A DNA stretch of 58,753 bases, filler included, from Bipalium vagum (GCA_037834085.1; 3 parts of 3 records of this genome joined end to end with filler, not necessarily neighbours in it), one strand, 5' to 3'. Shown: positions 37,260 through 49,744, counted from the whole stretch's first letter. The notes: generated by a model not told the origin, from the sequence alone. Numbers and translations: made by a program.

Positions 37260-38804
37260 ATGCGTTTTGAGTTAGTGAATTTAGTTTTAAAATAATTTGT
37301 AATTTATTGAAGCTTCGTCCTATTTTGCATGTTATATTAAAAATCCATACTTTTAGTAAAATATTCTGTAAATACCATCCAACAGCTATTCTAATTGAAG
37401 ATTTCACTGCTGGAGATTTAGTATGCCCAGTTTGTGGTCTTGTAGTTGGAGATAGGTAACAATAAATAAATCAAGCTATCCCTAATATCATTAGTTAGAG
37501 TCATAGATTTTAATTCCGAGTGGCGATCATTTGCCAATGATGGTACAGGAGAAGACAGTTCCAGAGTCGGAGTAACTGAAAATAATTTAAATTCCGAGGC
37601 AACAACATCAATTACTATACAATCGTCTCACGACGCTCGATATCTAGATGAAAACGGCAATCAAAAATATAAAGGTAGGACAGCAATGTCCTCTGCGGAA
37701 AGAATGATCGCACAATGTCGAAATCATATCAATACAATAGGAGGTCGTTTAAATGCAGACTTAAATACAAAGGTAAATTTTATATCTGAAATTCAGTATT
37801 TACAAAGATTTTAAGAACCACGCAATGGCGATAGTAAAGAAATTGACTACTATTACGGAGTTTAGTAGAAAAAATAAAGAAGATATTGCTTGTGCTTGTC
37901 TGTTTTTTGCATTCCGAGAACAAAAGGTTGAAAGAAGCTTCAAGGGTATGTTTTATTTAGTTTCATTAAAAATCATTTATCAAGTAATCAATACTTCATA
38001 AAAATATTAATTGGTTCCACTTGGAATATTTAAAATTATAACTAAATTTAGGAGTTTTAAAGTTTGTACAATTTATGGGGCCTAAATTTTGAAACAGACT
38101 TTACAAAAAAACGACCATATTTTTGAATCAATTTTTAAAATCTAACTTTTTAGATAAATCAAGTTATAATTATACATATTGAGATTTATTTTTTCATTAT
38201 ACAAAGACATTAGAGTGACTAAAGTTGATTTTACTAATAATTTCAAAATTCACATCCTAAAAAAAGTTTCATTGAGTCTGGTTTCCATTTTTTTACCTCA
38301 TAAAATCAAAATATTGAGTTTCATTTTGTTTTAAATTATTTTTTTAGAAATTTGTACAGTCTCGAAGTCCTCGGTCAAAGATATCGGTAAGACATTCAAG
38401 AAAATTATGGCTGCCCTGGGAGTTGAGACCCAAACTTCTAACTTAACCGACCAAATGTCTCGGTTCTGCTGCAATTTGAATTTGAAGAATAAATTCATTC
38501 CTAAACTTGCTCTGGAAATTGTGAATGAAGCTAAAAAGTTCATTTTTAAAAAGCCTTCCACAATGATCGCCACATCGATCTATGTAGCAAGTTTTCTGAT
38601 GAATGAAGAGATCACCAAGAAAAGTATGTATCTGTATGTACGTTTGCTATCTCAACACGTTTAGGGATTTTTGAAATTGTGGACGTAACGGAAAACACAA
38701 TCTCTTCGGCATACAAGCTGTTTTATAAACATCGACATACTTTGGTTCCTTCATCTATCCTTCCGAAATTGTTGAGGTCTTTAAACGAACTACCTGAATC
38801 TTAA
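37260..38804 (+). CDS. GTF2B: TFIIB paralog, copy 2, divergent core (6 exons: 37260-37270, 37357-37455, 37499-37772, 37816-37945, 38348-38623, 38665-38804; 309 aa)
   Basis: 930 nt spliced open frame ending in TAA. Same five intron positions and phases as copy 1, exons 3 and 4 identical in size (274, 130 nt). [41 protein letters not shown] retained. First exon (ATGCGTTTTGA|gttagt) inferred from phase. Confidence 0.92.
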
Positions 38805-39849
38805 TATTTATTCATCATGGGACAGTGTGATGTTATTCCTATAAATATTTGGATTTTTTGTTTTTTTGAATCTAGAAAATGTTTTTTATTTTTGTGTAAG
38901 TCTTTTTAACAATTTTTACATTGACTGACTTTTTTATTCACCCTAAAGTTATTCAATTGCTTTTGCTGCTTTTTTCTAATTATAGATGAAGTTTTTATAA
39001 AAAATAACGTTTTTTTGATAATAGTCAGTGTCAAGAAAAAATAACTTTTCCAATCTCGTTATTTTTTGCTTTATGTATCAATTAATGTTACATTTCATAT
39101 CTCTGCAACTAGCAAAAATTGGATTGAGATAAAATTTAGGGAACATTGTTAAAGCAAATACTTGTTAAAATATTATAGGTACCCAGAAGTACGTGGTACA
39201 TCAGGTCAACTTTAAATTTCCGAGAAGGGAAGTCTTTTTTGAATACAATTTTAGCAATTGAAGAGATAAACAATGTATAAAATTATAATATAATAATGAA
39301 AATAAAAATATAGAAAGTTGATTGAAAACAATTTGCAAGAATTTTCTGTAAAGATAATCTAATGTGACATTGATTTAATTTTTTCGTATATTTATTTTTT
39401 TAATTTGAAATCTATTTTCACCAAGTCTTGATTTAATTGATGTCAATATGATTTATCCATTCACCTGATCTTTCCAACTTTAACTGCAAAACAAGCTTAT
39501 ATTTTAGAAATAAATACTAATCTATTAAGATCACAAAAAATTGATTTCTGTATAATATTCGGTTCATTCAAAGATAAAATAGTAGGTGGCAAAATTAAAA
39601 AAATAATATTTATACAGGATGTTTGAGATAAATCGGGAATTTTTTCAAACTAATATATTAATATTTTTTATAAAATCCATCTGACATTTTCTAGAGACCT
39701 AATATATTCATAGATCAAAAATAGATTTTAAAGTTATAGATGTCTTTGAAATACGAAAGAAGAGCAGGAATACTGGAATCGCTTCGAGTCGGAAAAACAC
39801 CCCCAACAAATTATCGATTGGTCTGACTGCAGAAGACAACAGTATAAAG

Positions 39850-40080
39850 CAGGGGTGGGCAAAAGCCGGCCCTTTTGCTAATTTTATCCGACCCGTGGAA
39901 AAATTCCGCACGCAAAATTTTTAAAACTCTTATGAGATTTTGTTGACATCAACATTATTAGTGTGCGTACTGTATATAAATAATAGGCGTAATAAAATGG
40001 GCAAGTGTAAATATTAGTTTGCAAATATAAAATTGAAAAAGTGGACTTTTTGTAAGTAAAATTTTAAAACATTGGTTTTA
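39850..40080 (+). mobile_element. hAT (Charlie-type) left end, truncated by the gap
   Basis: CAGGGGTGGGCAAA..GGCCC terminus typical of Charlie-type hAT elements. Confidence 0.55.
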
Positions 40081-40180
40081 NNNNNNNNNNNNNNNNNNNN
40101 NNNNNNNNNNNNNNNNNNNNNNNNTTAATTAATTAANNNNNNNNNNNNNNNNNNNNNNNNNNNNNNNNNNNNNNNNNNNN
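40081..40180. other. Assembly gap with artificial spacer
   Basis: 44 N + TTAATTAATTAA + 44 N. Confidence 0.98.

Positions 40181-40228
<48 letters not shown>
40181..40228. repeat. (TAA)n microsatellite at contig edge
   Basis: Perfect run directly after the gap; a similar run precedes the first gap. Confidence 0.95.
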
Positions 40229-40249
<21 letters not shown>

Positions 40250-40339
40250 AAATTAAGGGTCAAAACGAACAATCTTTTTTATTAAAATTAATTTTTTTAT
40301 TGTTTATTTAAATATCGTGAAACTAAATCAAATTAACCT

Positions 40340-41130
40340 ACTATTGTAAGTCAATGCTCAAAAAAATAGTCTTGTATTCCTTGTTTGAAAAATTCCTAAT
40401 CTTTTGATGAAAATAATTCCTCGAGTGAAAAAATGTCATTTTCAGATGAGATTCTGCAGGTACTGCTCGATAAAGTTTGAAAGAAATGAAAATCCGTGCG
40501 GGCTAGATGATGCAAATATGCCGGATTATGTAGAATCACCCATCCGGGTTTTTGAATGACTGATTTTTTCAGTTTAACAGAATGTGGTTGAGCATTGTCA
40601 TGTTGCAGTATTATTTGATGTGAAGTTTCAGGATTTTAACTGACACAACGGTTAGCACTAATTTTCGGGGGTTTTATTTGGTTTCTCTCAATCAATTCAT
40701 AATGATTTTTCGGGGATTGATATCTAGTTTTACCCGAGATATTGGGTGCTCATAAACTATTCTTTTATATACTAAAGGTTAATGTATAAGTACCATTTTT
40801 CATCACCTGTTATGATGGTTGATAAGAAAGATTTATGCTGTTGTAGAGAAGACCAATTACAGGTAAGCAGGGAATTGCTAATGGCAACCCTATGATATTT
40901 ATCAAAGCTCATTCAGTACATGAAGTTTTTCAAAAGTTTTTCTATTTTATGAAAATTCCGGACAATGATCGCCTCATCGACATCAGAAATGTGCTCTTTA
41001 AGTCGGAAAGCATCTTTCCTATAAACTGAACATATAATTTTGACAGCATCTGTAGCTTTTGCTCCTCGATTATACTCGAAGAATAACATATTTCAGAAAT
41101 TCTCATTCTATCAACCGACACTTCATTTTC
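40340..41130 (-). mobile_element. Decayed mariner transposase
   Basis: FFEYNRGAKATDA, IITGDEKW, LQHDNAQPH on the - strand. Confidence 0.75.
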
Positions 41131-41604
41131 ATGAACAAAAAGACACTGTCCTCATTGAGTAATTAGTCATCGTCTGAGAATTTAGGAACTAAATGAAAAA
41201 TATCCAATTCAGTTATTTCGATATTTTAAGGGATGGATGATAGTATTTGTTTAACTGAATTTAGTGAGTGCAGAAACTAAAGACTTGAAAATCACTGGAC
41301 AATACATAGTTCGGCTTTTCAACATTTGAATAAATACAATTTACACAATATTTTATTAAGATGACTTCAAGATGATCTTGACTCTGGAAGATTTTATCCA
41401 GTAGATGATTTAAGAAATACTTGAACTCCTTGTTATTACCTATAGATTTTACAAATAGAATTAATTTGAGAATTAAATATTGTACCAGAAAGTGATTGAG
41501 GTTAAAGTCTTTTTCAAAATAATAAGATTTATTTATTCTTAAATTAATTTTAGAGGAACTGTGAGGATACTGTTTGGTTGAGTACATTATCGTTTTTATT
41601 TCAG

Positions 41605-42422
41605 ATAGATGAGAACGAGTCTAAAAAAGAAAAACTCTTCTGTCGACTGGCACTTAATTTCGGCTTGCTTATCCTAAGTATTTCCGATGAAATAGTCAAT
41701 CAGTTCTTATCGGTATTAATCTTTTTTTGCATCTTCACTTTTTATTTTATTTTAGCCATATCCGGAAATATTGGCCATGACTCTTTACACCATTTTCTAT
41801 CAATCCTTTCCTGTATCAAGAAATCAGTTCGGTCCCGATTTCAAGCAGAAATTGATCAATACGTGCCACGTCTTTATAACAGGACTGCAGCCTTTACCAA
41901 ACTCTTTTAATACCTGGCCAATTCATAAGCTCCAAAAGTCACCAGAAATATCAGGAGAACCAGTAATGATACCAAAGATGAATTCTGATCTCCTGGAGCT
42001 CAGTTTCAAAGTGTCAAGGGTCTTATTTGATCCAAAAGCCTGTTCGCCTTTGATTCACAAATTTCTGCAGCTTCATGATATCGTTAGAAAATGATATATT
42101 GTCTCCTCCCAGGATTGACAACTTTAATTTTTAGGATGCCAAATTTTCCAGCACGTTTAAATGTATTCCCAGAATAGAACTCAACAGAACTGAAGACCAG
42201 GTTCCATCAATACCTAACATGATGAAAGTACACAATACCAATAAACTGGAAATTCTATCTCAACACAAACGGGCTGAGATTGAGAATGACAAGCAAATGG
42301 AGAAATTATCTAAGCAACGGCGGGAATTGGAACGTCGCTTTCATAATTTGCAGAAGGAAATCGACAGTTGTAGTGGACTTTTAGACATGCGAAAGCTTCT
42401 ACACGGTTTTTCGCTTTCATAA
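41605..42422 (+). CDS. FAM227B: FAM227-like (FWWh-domain) protein, 3' exons 41605-41712, 41756-42082, 42135-42422; 5' exons not located
   Basis: Phase-0 GT-AG splicing (43- and 52-nt introns) gives KLFCRLALNFGLL..YPEILAMTLYTIFYQSFPVSRNQFGPDFKQKL..ITGLQP..TWPIHKL..RVLFDPKACSPLIHKFL then a coiled-coil tail, matching the FAM227 pattern LFxRIxxNY..YPxxLAxAxYxxFxxxFPxSxxxFxxxFK..GxxP..W..SPLI as I recall it. AATAAA shortly after the stop. Confidence 0.75.
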
Positions 42423-42679
42423 AACTTATTGTCATTAATAAACAAACAATTTAGAGTCTGGTTTTCCGTTAAATATAGTCTACAGAATATTTTGATGACT
42501 TTCATAACAGTTTAATTGAAAGAGAATTATTTAAATTATAGTTTTATGAACTGAACATAAAATATTTATACTATATTTAATATAAAGAAAAATATAATCT
42601 CGTGTAAAGGAAAACAACATTATCAGCATCAAATAAAACCTTTCTTCTGGTTGCTTGTTGCTAGGATGATGCATTTAGA

Positions 42680-43590
42680 TCATGGATGTCCAACCTACGG
42701 GTCGCATTGTGGCTCACTCAATGTTTAAATCCGGAGCTATTTACGCACCTAAGCCTGTATGGATTTATTTGTGCTTGACTTTAACTGACGACAATTGTAC
42801 GTTATCTTGAATTGATCTCTTCTGACAGCCATTCAAAGTCGTTTCTGCGCATGCGCTGCAAAGCGAATTGAACTACTTATGAGCAAAAAGCGACGTTTAG
42901 CTGACAGTAAACATAAACATAAATTATCATAGCATCACATATCATTACAATCGTATACGATCCTACAATCCACCGATTAAATTTCAATATTATTGATATA
43001 AATCAATAATATGTAATTAAAATTTACTGAAATTTTGTTGCTAGCATTAAATGATCCATTTTCATTTGAATATAATAAAGCACCAGTGGGGTACCAACTT
43101 TAACTGATTGAGCTGCAAAGTCAGAATCCACTTCCTTTTTTTTTAAGAAATTGCATTCTCTTAAAAATGAATTCAATCTATTTCTAAATTTATCTGGAAA
43201 ATTATTATGCATGTGGGGAAGTACATACTCTTGTTAGCAGTATTTTCAAGCATGAAAAACATTAAAACTCCAGAAAGAAATAGGTTGATTGACATACATT
43301 TAGCAAGCATTGTTAGAATTAAGAATGTATCTTTCGTTGCAATTATTGAAAATGACTGGAAGGCAAAGTCAAAAGTCAAATTGAATAAATATTAGTTAAT
43401 TAAATTAAATTTTTTTATATATAACATAAATAAACTGTATTCACATGATTTTGTTTTATATTGTAATTTTTCAATTAGATTTAAAGAGATGGTATGAAAA
43501 AAAATCGACGTTTTTAAAGAACTCACACTGCTGCAAGTGACCCATTTTTGTGGCCCACTTAAAAATTTAGATTCGCAATCCGCTCCATTA
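42680..43590 (+). mobile_element. Decayed hAT (Charlie-type) element
   Basis: CATGGATGTCCAACCTACGG-like left end, MSKKRRLADS start, GGCCC subterminal motif near the right end. Confidence 0.4.
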
Positions 43591-44569
43591 AATCACATTC
43601 ATGATTTAGATAAAAGAAAAAAGTTTTCGCCAGAATATTGCCATTGCTTAATGTACAAGAAAAACCATTATTTTTTTGAAAAGAAGAAAACGAATTCATA
43701 TTCTGAGAGAAGAAAAAAAAGACCTATTCGGAAGGAAACATATTATAACTATTTAAAGAAGATTCAATGGCTCAAATATTTTAATTTTTTCCTCCTACTT
43801 GGGATTATGTTTAAATTCCACATCAGACGGCTATCTGTGAGCAATCGTAAGCTCTCAGCTGATAGTGCGAGAATTTAGACCGAAGACGAACTGTAAGATT
43901 GTTTTTCATTATCAAATTGTAATGTCGTGTCGCAATTTGTGTAAAATTTATTTTTATAAGTTTGGACTCGATACAAAATCACTGAAACTGCTCGAAAAGT
44001 TAATGAGGCTTGGATACATTGTATTGTAAATCAGTCAACAGTAGACGTTGATAGCAGAAGTTCTGTAATGAAGATTTATCCCTTGATTTCAAAACGAAGA
44101 GGTGCTAAAAAGAAAATTTGAAAAGTTCATTGTCTCCAGGTCTACCGAATTCTATCGTATAAGATTGGAAAATCTATCAATTCCTTGATAAAAATGTGTA
44201 AACTCTATGGTTTTTAATTTAATCAATAAACCTTTTGTCTCGGCAGATTTATGTTGTTTTAAATTAATGTACGAAAAGCGTTCTAAACTTTCTGAAAAAT
44301 CTAATATTTTGATTTGTAATTTTCTCTGAAAAACGAGTTTCATTATATTTACATTTTTAGAATACTTAAATTTGACAACCTCAATGTTGTCAGATTAAAT
44401 TGATTATATAAGAGGGTTGTCAAATTTAATTTATTCTATAATGAGATTGTTAAGATAAAAAATTTTTTCATATGGTATAAATAGTGATTTATTTTATTAT
44501 ACATGAAAACCTATATATACCGCCCATTGATATAAGGACACCTCGATTATCAATCATTTTTATTGATTT

Positions 44570-45300
44570 TTTATGCAGGGTCTTCCAAAAAGAATGTCGA
44601 GTCTTTTTGAAATTCTTCGAAATTTCGCAATCTGTTGGGATCACAGGAGATGGTCTCAACTGGTCAATTCAGATCGGATTATTACAAAGCCAAAAATTCT
44701 GCAAAACCAAGAGCCACGATTCTATGAAGTTGGAAACAAAAGGAAATGGCAGATTCAGATGCCGAAAAGGACCACTTCGTTTAAGGATACCAAACTGCCA
44801 TTACATTTGATTTGAGTCCAAAATTTGGTAAAAGGAAATACCAAAACGGAAATAAGCCAGGCTGAAGGTCACTGGATATTAGGAATGATTGCAAGCGGGG
44901 GCACAGACCTTTGCCTTGTTGCTTTACTTAAGAACAAGCGAGATTCTGACCATTTGATTCCCATTATCCAGGAACATGTTGCTCCATGATTTTTAATACA
45001 TATAGATTTCTGGAAGGAATATGATTTCCTGACCGATTTTGGATTTCAGCACAAAAAGGTTTATCACAGCAGTGAGATTAACCCATTCGTATATAAAATT
45101 TGAAAAAAAAAATCATTTATTTTCTAAGCCGAGGATGGTACTCATACAAATCTGATTGGAGTCCAATGAAGGATTGGATGAGGACCAGAAGCCCATCACA
45201 AGAAAACCTCGAGGCTTCATTATGCGAATATTTAGTTCGAAGGAACGGGAGAACAAATAGAATTGTTCGATTTGGAGAACTATTAAAATTGATCAAAAAT
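44570..45300 (+). mobile_element. Merlin (ISXO2/IS1595-like) transposase remnant
   Basis: WILGMI..NKRDSDHLIPIIQEHVAP..IHIDFWKEYDFL..GFQHKKVYHS..GTHTN. Confidence 0.8.
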
Positions 45301-47021
45301 AAATGTACTGTAATTATTATTATAAAATAAAAATCTTAGTGTTATTTAATTTTCTATTAATTATTAATCTTTTTAAAATAATAAAGAACAAGAATAATTG
45401 TTTTATTTTATAAATAAAAAAAAACAATCTTTACACAGACTTATCACAATTAATGTATTTTTTTTGCAGTAAAAATAAGTCGAAATGGAAAACCTTGTGG
45501 AAACTGTTTCTCCTGTAAGATTCCGTGACACACACATGCTTGGAATATTTTATCATTGAAGTGAGAATAATAAATAAATTACTAGGCTGAAAATAAGTTT
45601 TAAAAATTAATAAGTTAAAAATTACCAAATATTCCCAAAATAAAATATCTAATGATCAACTATTTCTTCCATTTATTCATAATAATAATATTTTTAAAGT
45701 TAAAAATTACTAAACTGAATTACCTTAAAACGGCTAATAAGAGGTTTAGTATCTCCTTCAATGATAAAAAACGGGGGAGAAACTATACCATAGCCAAATT
45801 TTCTTCGACAAACTACCATAATTAGTGAAAGACAAATAGGATAATAATTTTCAACCGAGACCAACTTCCTGAAACAAATTTAAAGAGAAACGTGGAAAAA
45901 TCCGCTATAATTATAATCCATCGTAAAATGTTAAATCCTGATCATCATGGATACAAAGAATATTGTGCGTAACAAAGCAACAGTCATTTCGTTTATAAAA
46001 AAATTTATTTCTTTAAGTCACAAAATAACGAATGTGTTAGAATAGTTAAACCCATTAGTTATAATCAATTCTTTTTAACAGGCGTCTGCTTGTGTCAATT
46101 TAACAGAAATTTATGTCTTGTTAGAGATTAAATAAACAAAACCTAAATTTTAATTTTGTCTCGGAATTCATCTTTCTCAAACAGTAGAAATTCTAAAGAC
46201 ACCTCTTTTATTAATGTACCTTTTACGGTTTATATTTAGATAGACAAAATTGGAAGAATTTAATATCAAGATGTAAAAGTAATAATTAGGTTGCAATTTT
46301 GTTAAATTTTTCAAATATTTTTATGGCTATTTCACTTAATTAAATAAAAAGATGAATTAAAAAATTGAACTATTTTTTTATTATTGTGATGGAAAATAAA
46401 ATGAAAGGCATTTTAAAATAGATTAATAATAATAAATGATTATTATAACCACAAATAGACCCAAAAACCGAACGCAAAAATAAGTGAAAACATAAAACTA
46501 TCACAACAACAGCAAAGAACGCAACAGATCACAAAATGTCACTTAGTTTTGTGGAATGATTAAAACTGGAATATCATATTCAAAAACAAAAAATAAGCCG
46601 AATATCGGCACACACACATACACTCAAGCAGACAGACAGCTGGAATATCAACGAACGACATTGAGGCGTCATTTCCTGTCACTCAAGTATCCGTTATCTG
46701 ACCCTCTTTTTTGCACAAAATATCTGGATTCGCCAAAGGATCGAGATCTGCAAACATGGAGATCCAAGCAGAATTAGAATTCTGAAATAAAACGGTAGTA
46801 ATTGGTTCATTAATTCATTCTAAGATTATTACATTTTTTGAAAAAGTTTATTGTTTAATAAAAAATATTTTATCATATTTTAAATTCAGAAAAAACTTGA
46901 ATCATCTTTTTAAAATATCTTTGCGACATAATACTCATGTATATAAATGGTATATCTAAACCAAACTGGATCAAAAAAGATTATCTATATACAATATTTA
47001 TTTAATGCATTACATTAATAA

Positions 47022-48046
47022 TTAATATCCTTCAAAATATTCTCCTTTGGCAGACACATATTGAAGAATTCTTATTTTCCATTGGTCGAAGATGTGTTGA
47101 AGTTCATTTTCTGACAACTGTTTTAATAATTTTTCTGTTTTCTGTTTCCCAGCTTTTAAAGACTCAAAACTATTTCCTTTTAGGACAGGTTTTATTTGGG
47201 AAAAGAAAAAAATCAGAGGGTAATAAATCAGCGAAATATGGAGAATGTTCCAGTGTTGTAATTCTTTTTTCAACCAAAAACTGTTTTACAGAGTGCTGTG
47301 TGTGAAGGAGCATTGTCTTAATGTAAAATGAAACAATGTTGCAGGAATTCTGGGCGTAATCGTTACAACTTTGTCTAAATTTTTATCAATATTTATTTTG
47401 TATTATTGCTGGTTCACAGTCTTACCTTCTGGTAACCACTCAGTCAAAATGATACCCCTGGTATAAAAAAATGCAATAAACATTGCTTTAAATTTTGATT
47501 TGCCATGACGTGCATTTTTGATTCTTGGAAAAGAGGGCGTTTTCCAATGCACGGGTTGCCTTCTTTTCTCGGGATCGTATTGAAAGATCCAGGTTTCGTC
47601 ACAAGTAATGATTTTTTTTAGAAAACCAGGATCTTTTTCAATATGCTCCAGCGTATTGGCACAAATTTCCACGCGTCGTTCTTTTTGTTCTGTTTTGAGA
47701 ATTCTAGGAACCATCTTAACACAAACTTTTGTCATATGGAGATCTCGCAAAAATTTCCAGTGTCTTTATCAATGTTAGTAATCTCAGAAATCACACTCAG
47801 TCGACGGTCTTCTCTAACAATGTATATTTTCGTTGGTTCTGATGTTGCCCGTCTTCCAGGTCGTTCGTCATCTTCCACTTTTTGAACACATTTAGTGAAT
47901 CTTTTGTGCCAATCGAACACTCTGGCGCGAGAGATTCAGTCCTCTTCATAAGCCTGTGTGAACAGGTGCAAACACTTATTTGGTGTTTTGTTTAGTTTCA
48001 CCAAGAATTTCAAGTTAAAAAGCTGTTCAATTTTAGAACTCAGCAT
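47022..48046 (-). mobile_element. mariner transposase pseudogene (irritans-like)
   Basis: EQLFNLKFLVKLNKT..RVFDWHKRF, KMVPRIL, IITCDETWIFQYDPE, GEYFEG; frameshifts. Confidence 0.88.
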
Positions 48047-48339
48047 TCTAAAATAAATTAATATATTTTCAAAAAAATAACAAATATTTTTATGAATTTA
48101 ATTCAAATAAACAAAATACAATATTTTACCGTTTTCTGTAAATAAATATTATAAATGATTACTGTATATTAAAAAAAATCAACACTTTATTTAATATACA
48201 CTTTGATTCCGTCTTAATTTTCGATTTTTAAATTCCAACAGTGTTTAATATTTTCTTTCCACAAAATCTTGACGTTCGATTCATTTAAAAGAAAAAAATT
48301 GAGTATTTTTCTATCAGAAGAAATAATATATTCTTAGGA

Positions 48340-48560
48340 AGATGGTTCAAATAGATGAATCAATATTTAAATTTAAGCCTAAATACATTGTGGGAAACCA
48401 CGAATTATGGGTTTTCAGCATTGTTGATTCTCAGATCTAGGTCAAATGTACATACAACTAGTCGAAAACCGATCTGCTGTAACATTGCTGTTTATTATTT
48501 AAGAAAGAATCAAACATGGGTTATGAGCGATGAATAAAGAAGCTACTGTAGTATAGTAAA
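48340..48560 (+). mobile_element. Second Merlin transposase fragment
   Basis: VQIDESIFKFKPKY..LWVFSIVD..LVENRSAVTLL. Confidence 0.7.
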
Positions 48561-48564
48561 GATT

Positions 48565-48797
48565 AAAAGAACAGTGGCAGCAAATTCCACAACATAATTT
48601 TCAAAATTTGATTGCAAGCATGAGAAAAAGATTACATGAATGTAGTAGCAAACGGGGAGGTCATACCAGTTACTAATTGTTAAATGATGTTTTTATTAAT
48701 TGTCAAATGGATATTTTCACTTGTGTAATGATTAATTAAATTATTTTACAGAAATCTTATTTTTTATGTTTGTAGTACTTTTTTTGTGGAGGAGTAT
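48565..48797 (+). mobile_element. Tc1-like 3' end
   Basis: WQQIPQHNFQNLIASMRKRLHECSSKRGGHTSY* followed by a terminus ending in TA. Confidence 0.65.
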
Positions 48798-48937
48798 ATT
48801 TGGTTTATTTTCATTAATGGTAGATAGGTAATTTTTAAGTTTTAATTTCAAATATATTTTTCTTCAAAGTTCACTGGCGTGTCCCATGGAAAGAGTGATT
48901 AATGTAAAAAAGACAACTTTTCAAATATAAACATGTT

Positions 48938-49146
48938 TATTAGTTGAAAATTAATCGGAGATATCGTGATTCGAAACCAGGACCTTCCATTTCTTTTCCT
49001 TTACTTTACGTTTCACTTTCGACACCTCATCCGTTGGTTGGTGTCCTGGCGTGGTCGCCATGTTAGTTGAAATTTAATGTAAGATGCCGGGATTCAAAAC
49101 CCGGACTTTTCACATGTCCAAGACTGCTCTAACCGCTGAGCTACAT
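48938..49146 (-). mobile_element. Miniature non-autonomous LTR retroelement (TRIM) with tRNA-Ala-like LTRs
   Basis: On - strand: 85-bp 5' LTR 49145-49061 (TGTAG..CTAACA) made of a tRNA-like body, 18-nt PBS TGGCGACCACGCCAGGAC (49060-49043), ~50-nt spacer ending in purine tract AAAGTAAAGGAAAAGAA, 5'-truncated 3' LTR (~48990-48938), flanked by ATGTT direct repeats. Confidence 0.8.
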
Positions 49147-49591
49147 ATGTTATTCAGTGTTTGTTAGTTTAAATAAATGTTTATCATTTAACTTTATTTA
49201 TTTTTAAAACTGAATTTATTTTGCTTTTCCTTATATAAATATCATAAAGAATGAACAAGACATTAGCATCTTTAAATTTATAATTATAATTATTCAGATA
49301 ATAACTACGCAAACTTAGTAATATTTCTCATTAAAAATTGTACAACTATCCGCTTACCAACTTTTTTACACTTGACACCAACCGCTTTTTCCATGGTAAA
49401 AAACGTTCATAATTGGTCAATTTGTTAAAATTTAGTTTTAATTATTAAATAAAATGCTCAAATTTGTATAAAATAATTTCATTTTATAATATAATTTATT
49501 ATTTCAAAAGACATACCATATTATTTTCAACAACTTTTTCTTTCATAATTCCTCTTTTATGTTATAAATTTAATTTTAGTTCTTTTTTCAG

Positions 49592-49744
49592 GATTACGAT
49601 GATGAAGATTTGCAATTTCTAAAGAAGACTCTTCTTAATCAGTGGAATAAGAGTGCACAGGCCAGTATAACCAAGGATGATTTGCAACTGATATTAACAC
49701 AGCAAATTAGATTATATCAGTCAGAGCTCAATTTAAGAAGATAA
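49592..49744 (+). CDS. Orphan terminal exon resembling the last EF-hand region of calbindin/calretinin-family proteins
   Basis: Strong acceptor (tcttttttcag) followed by 50 open codons DYDDEDLQFLKKTLLNQWNKSAQASITKDDLQLILTQQ..; resembles the invertebrate calbindin-32 C-terminus (DYDxxDL..GKISRKELxMIL). Upstream exons not found. Confidence 0.45.
   Translation, partial: DYDDEDLQFLKKTLLNQWNKSAQASITKDDLQLILTQQIRLYQSELNLRR

Noticed and set aside
39179-39274. Exon-like block ending AIEEINN, reminiscent of class C GPCR/ANF-receptor domains
   Set aside because: Too short and could not be spliced in frame to neighbours.
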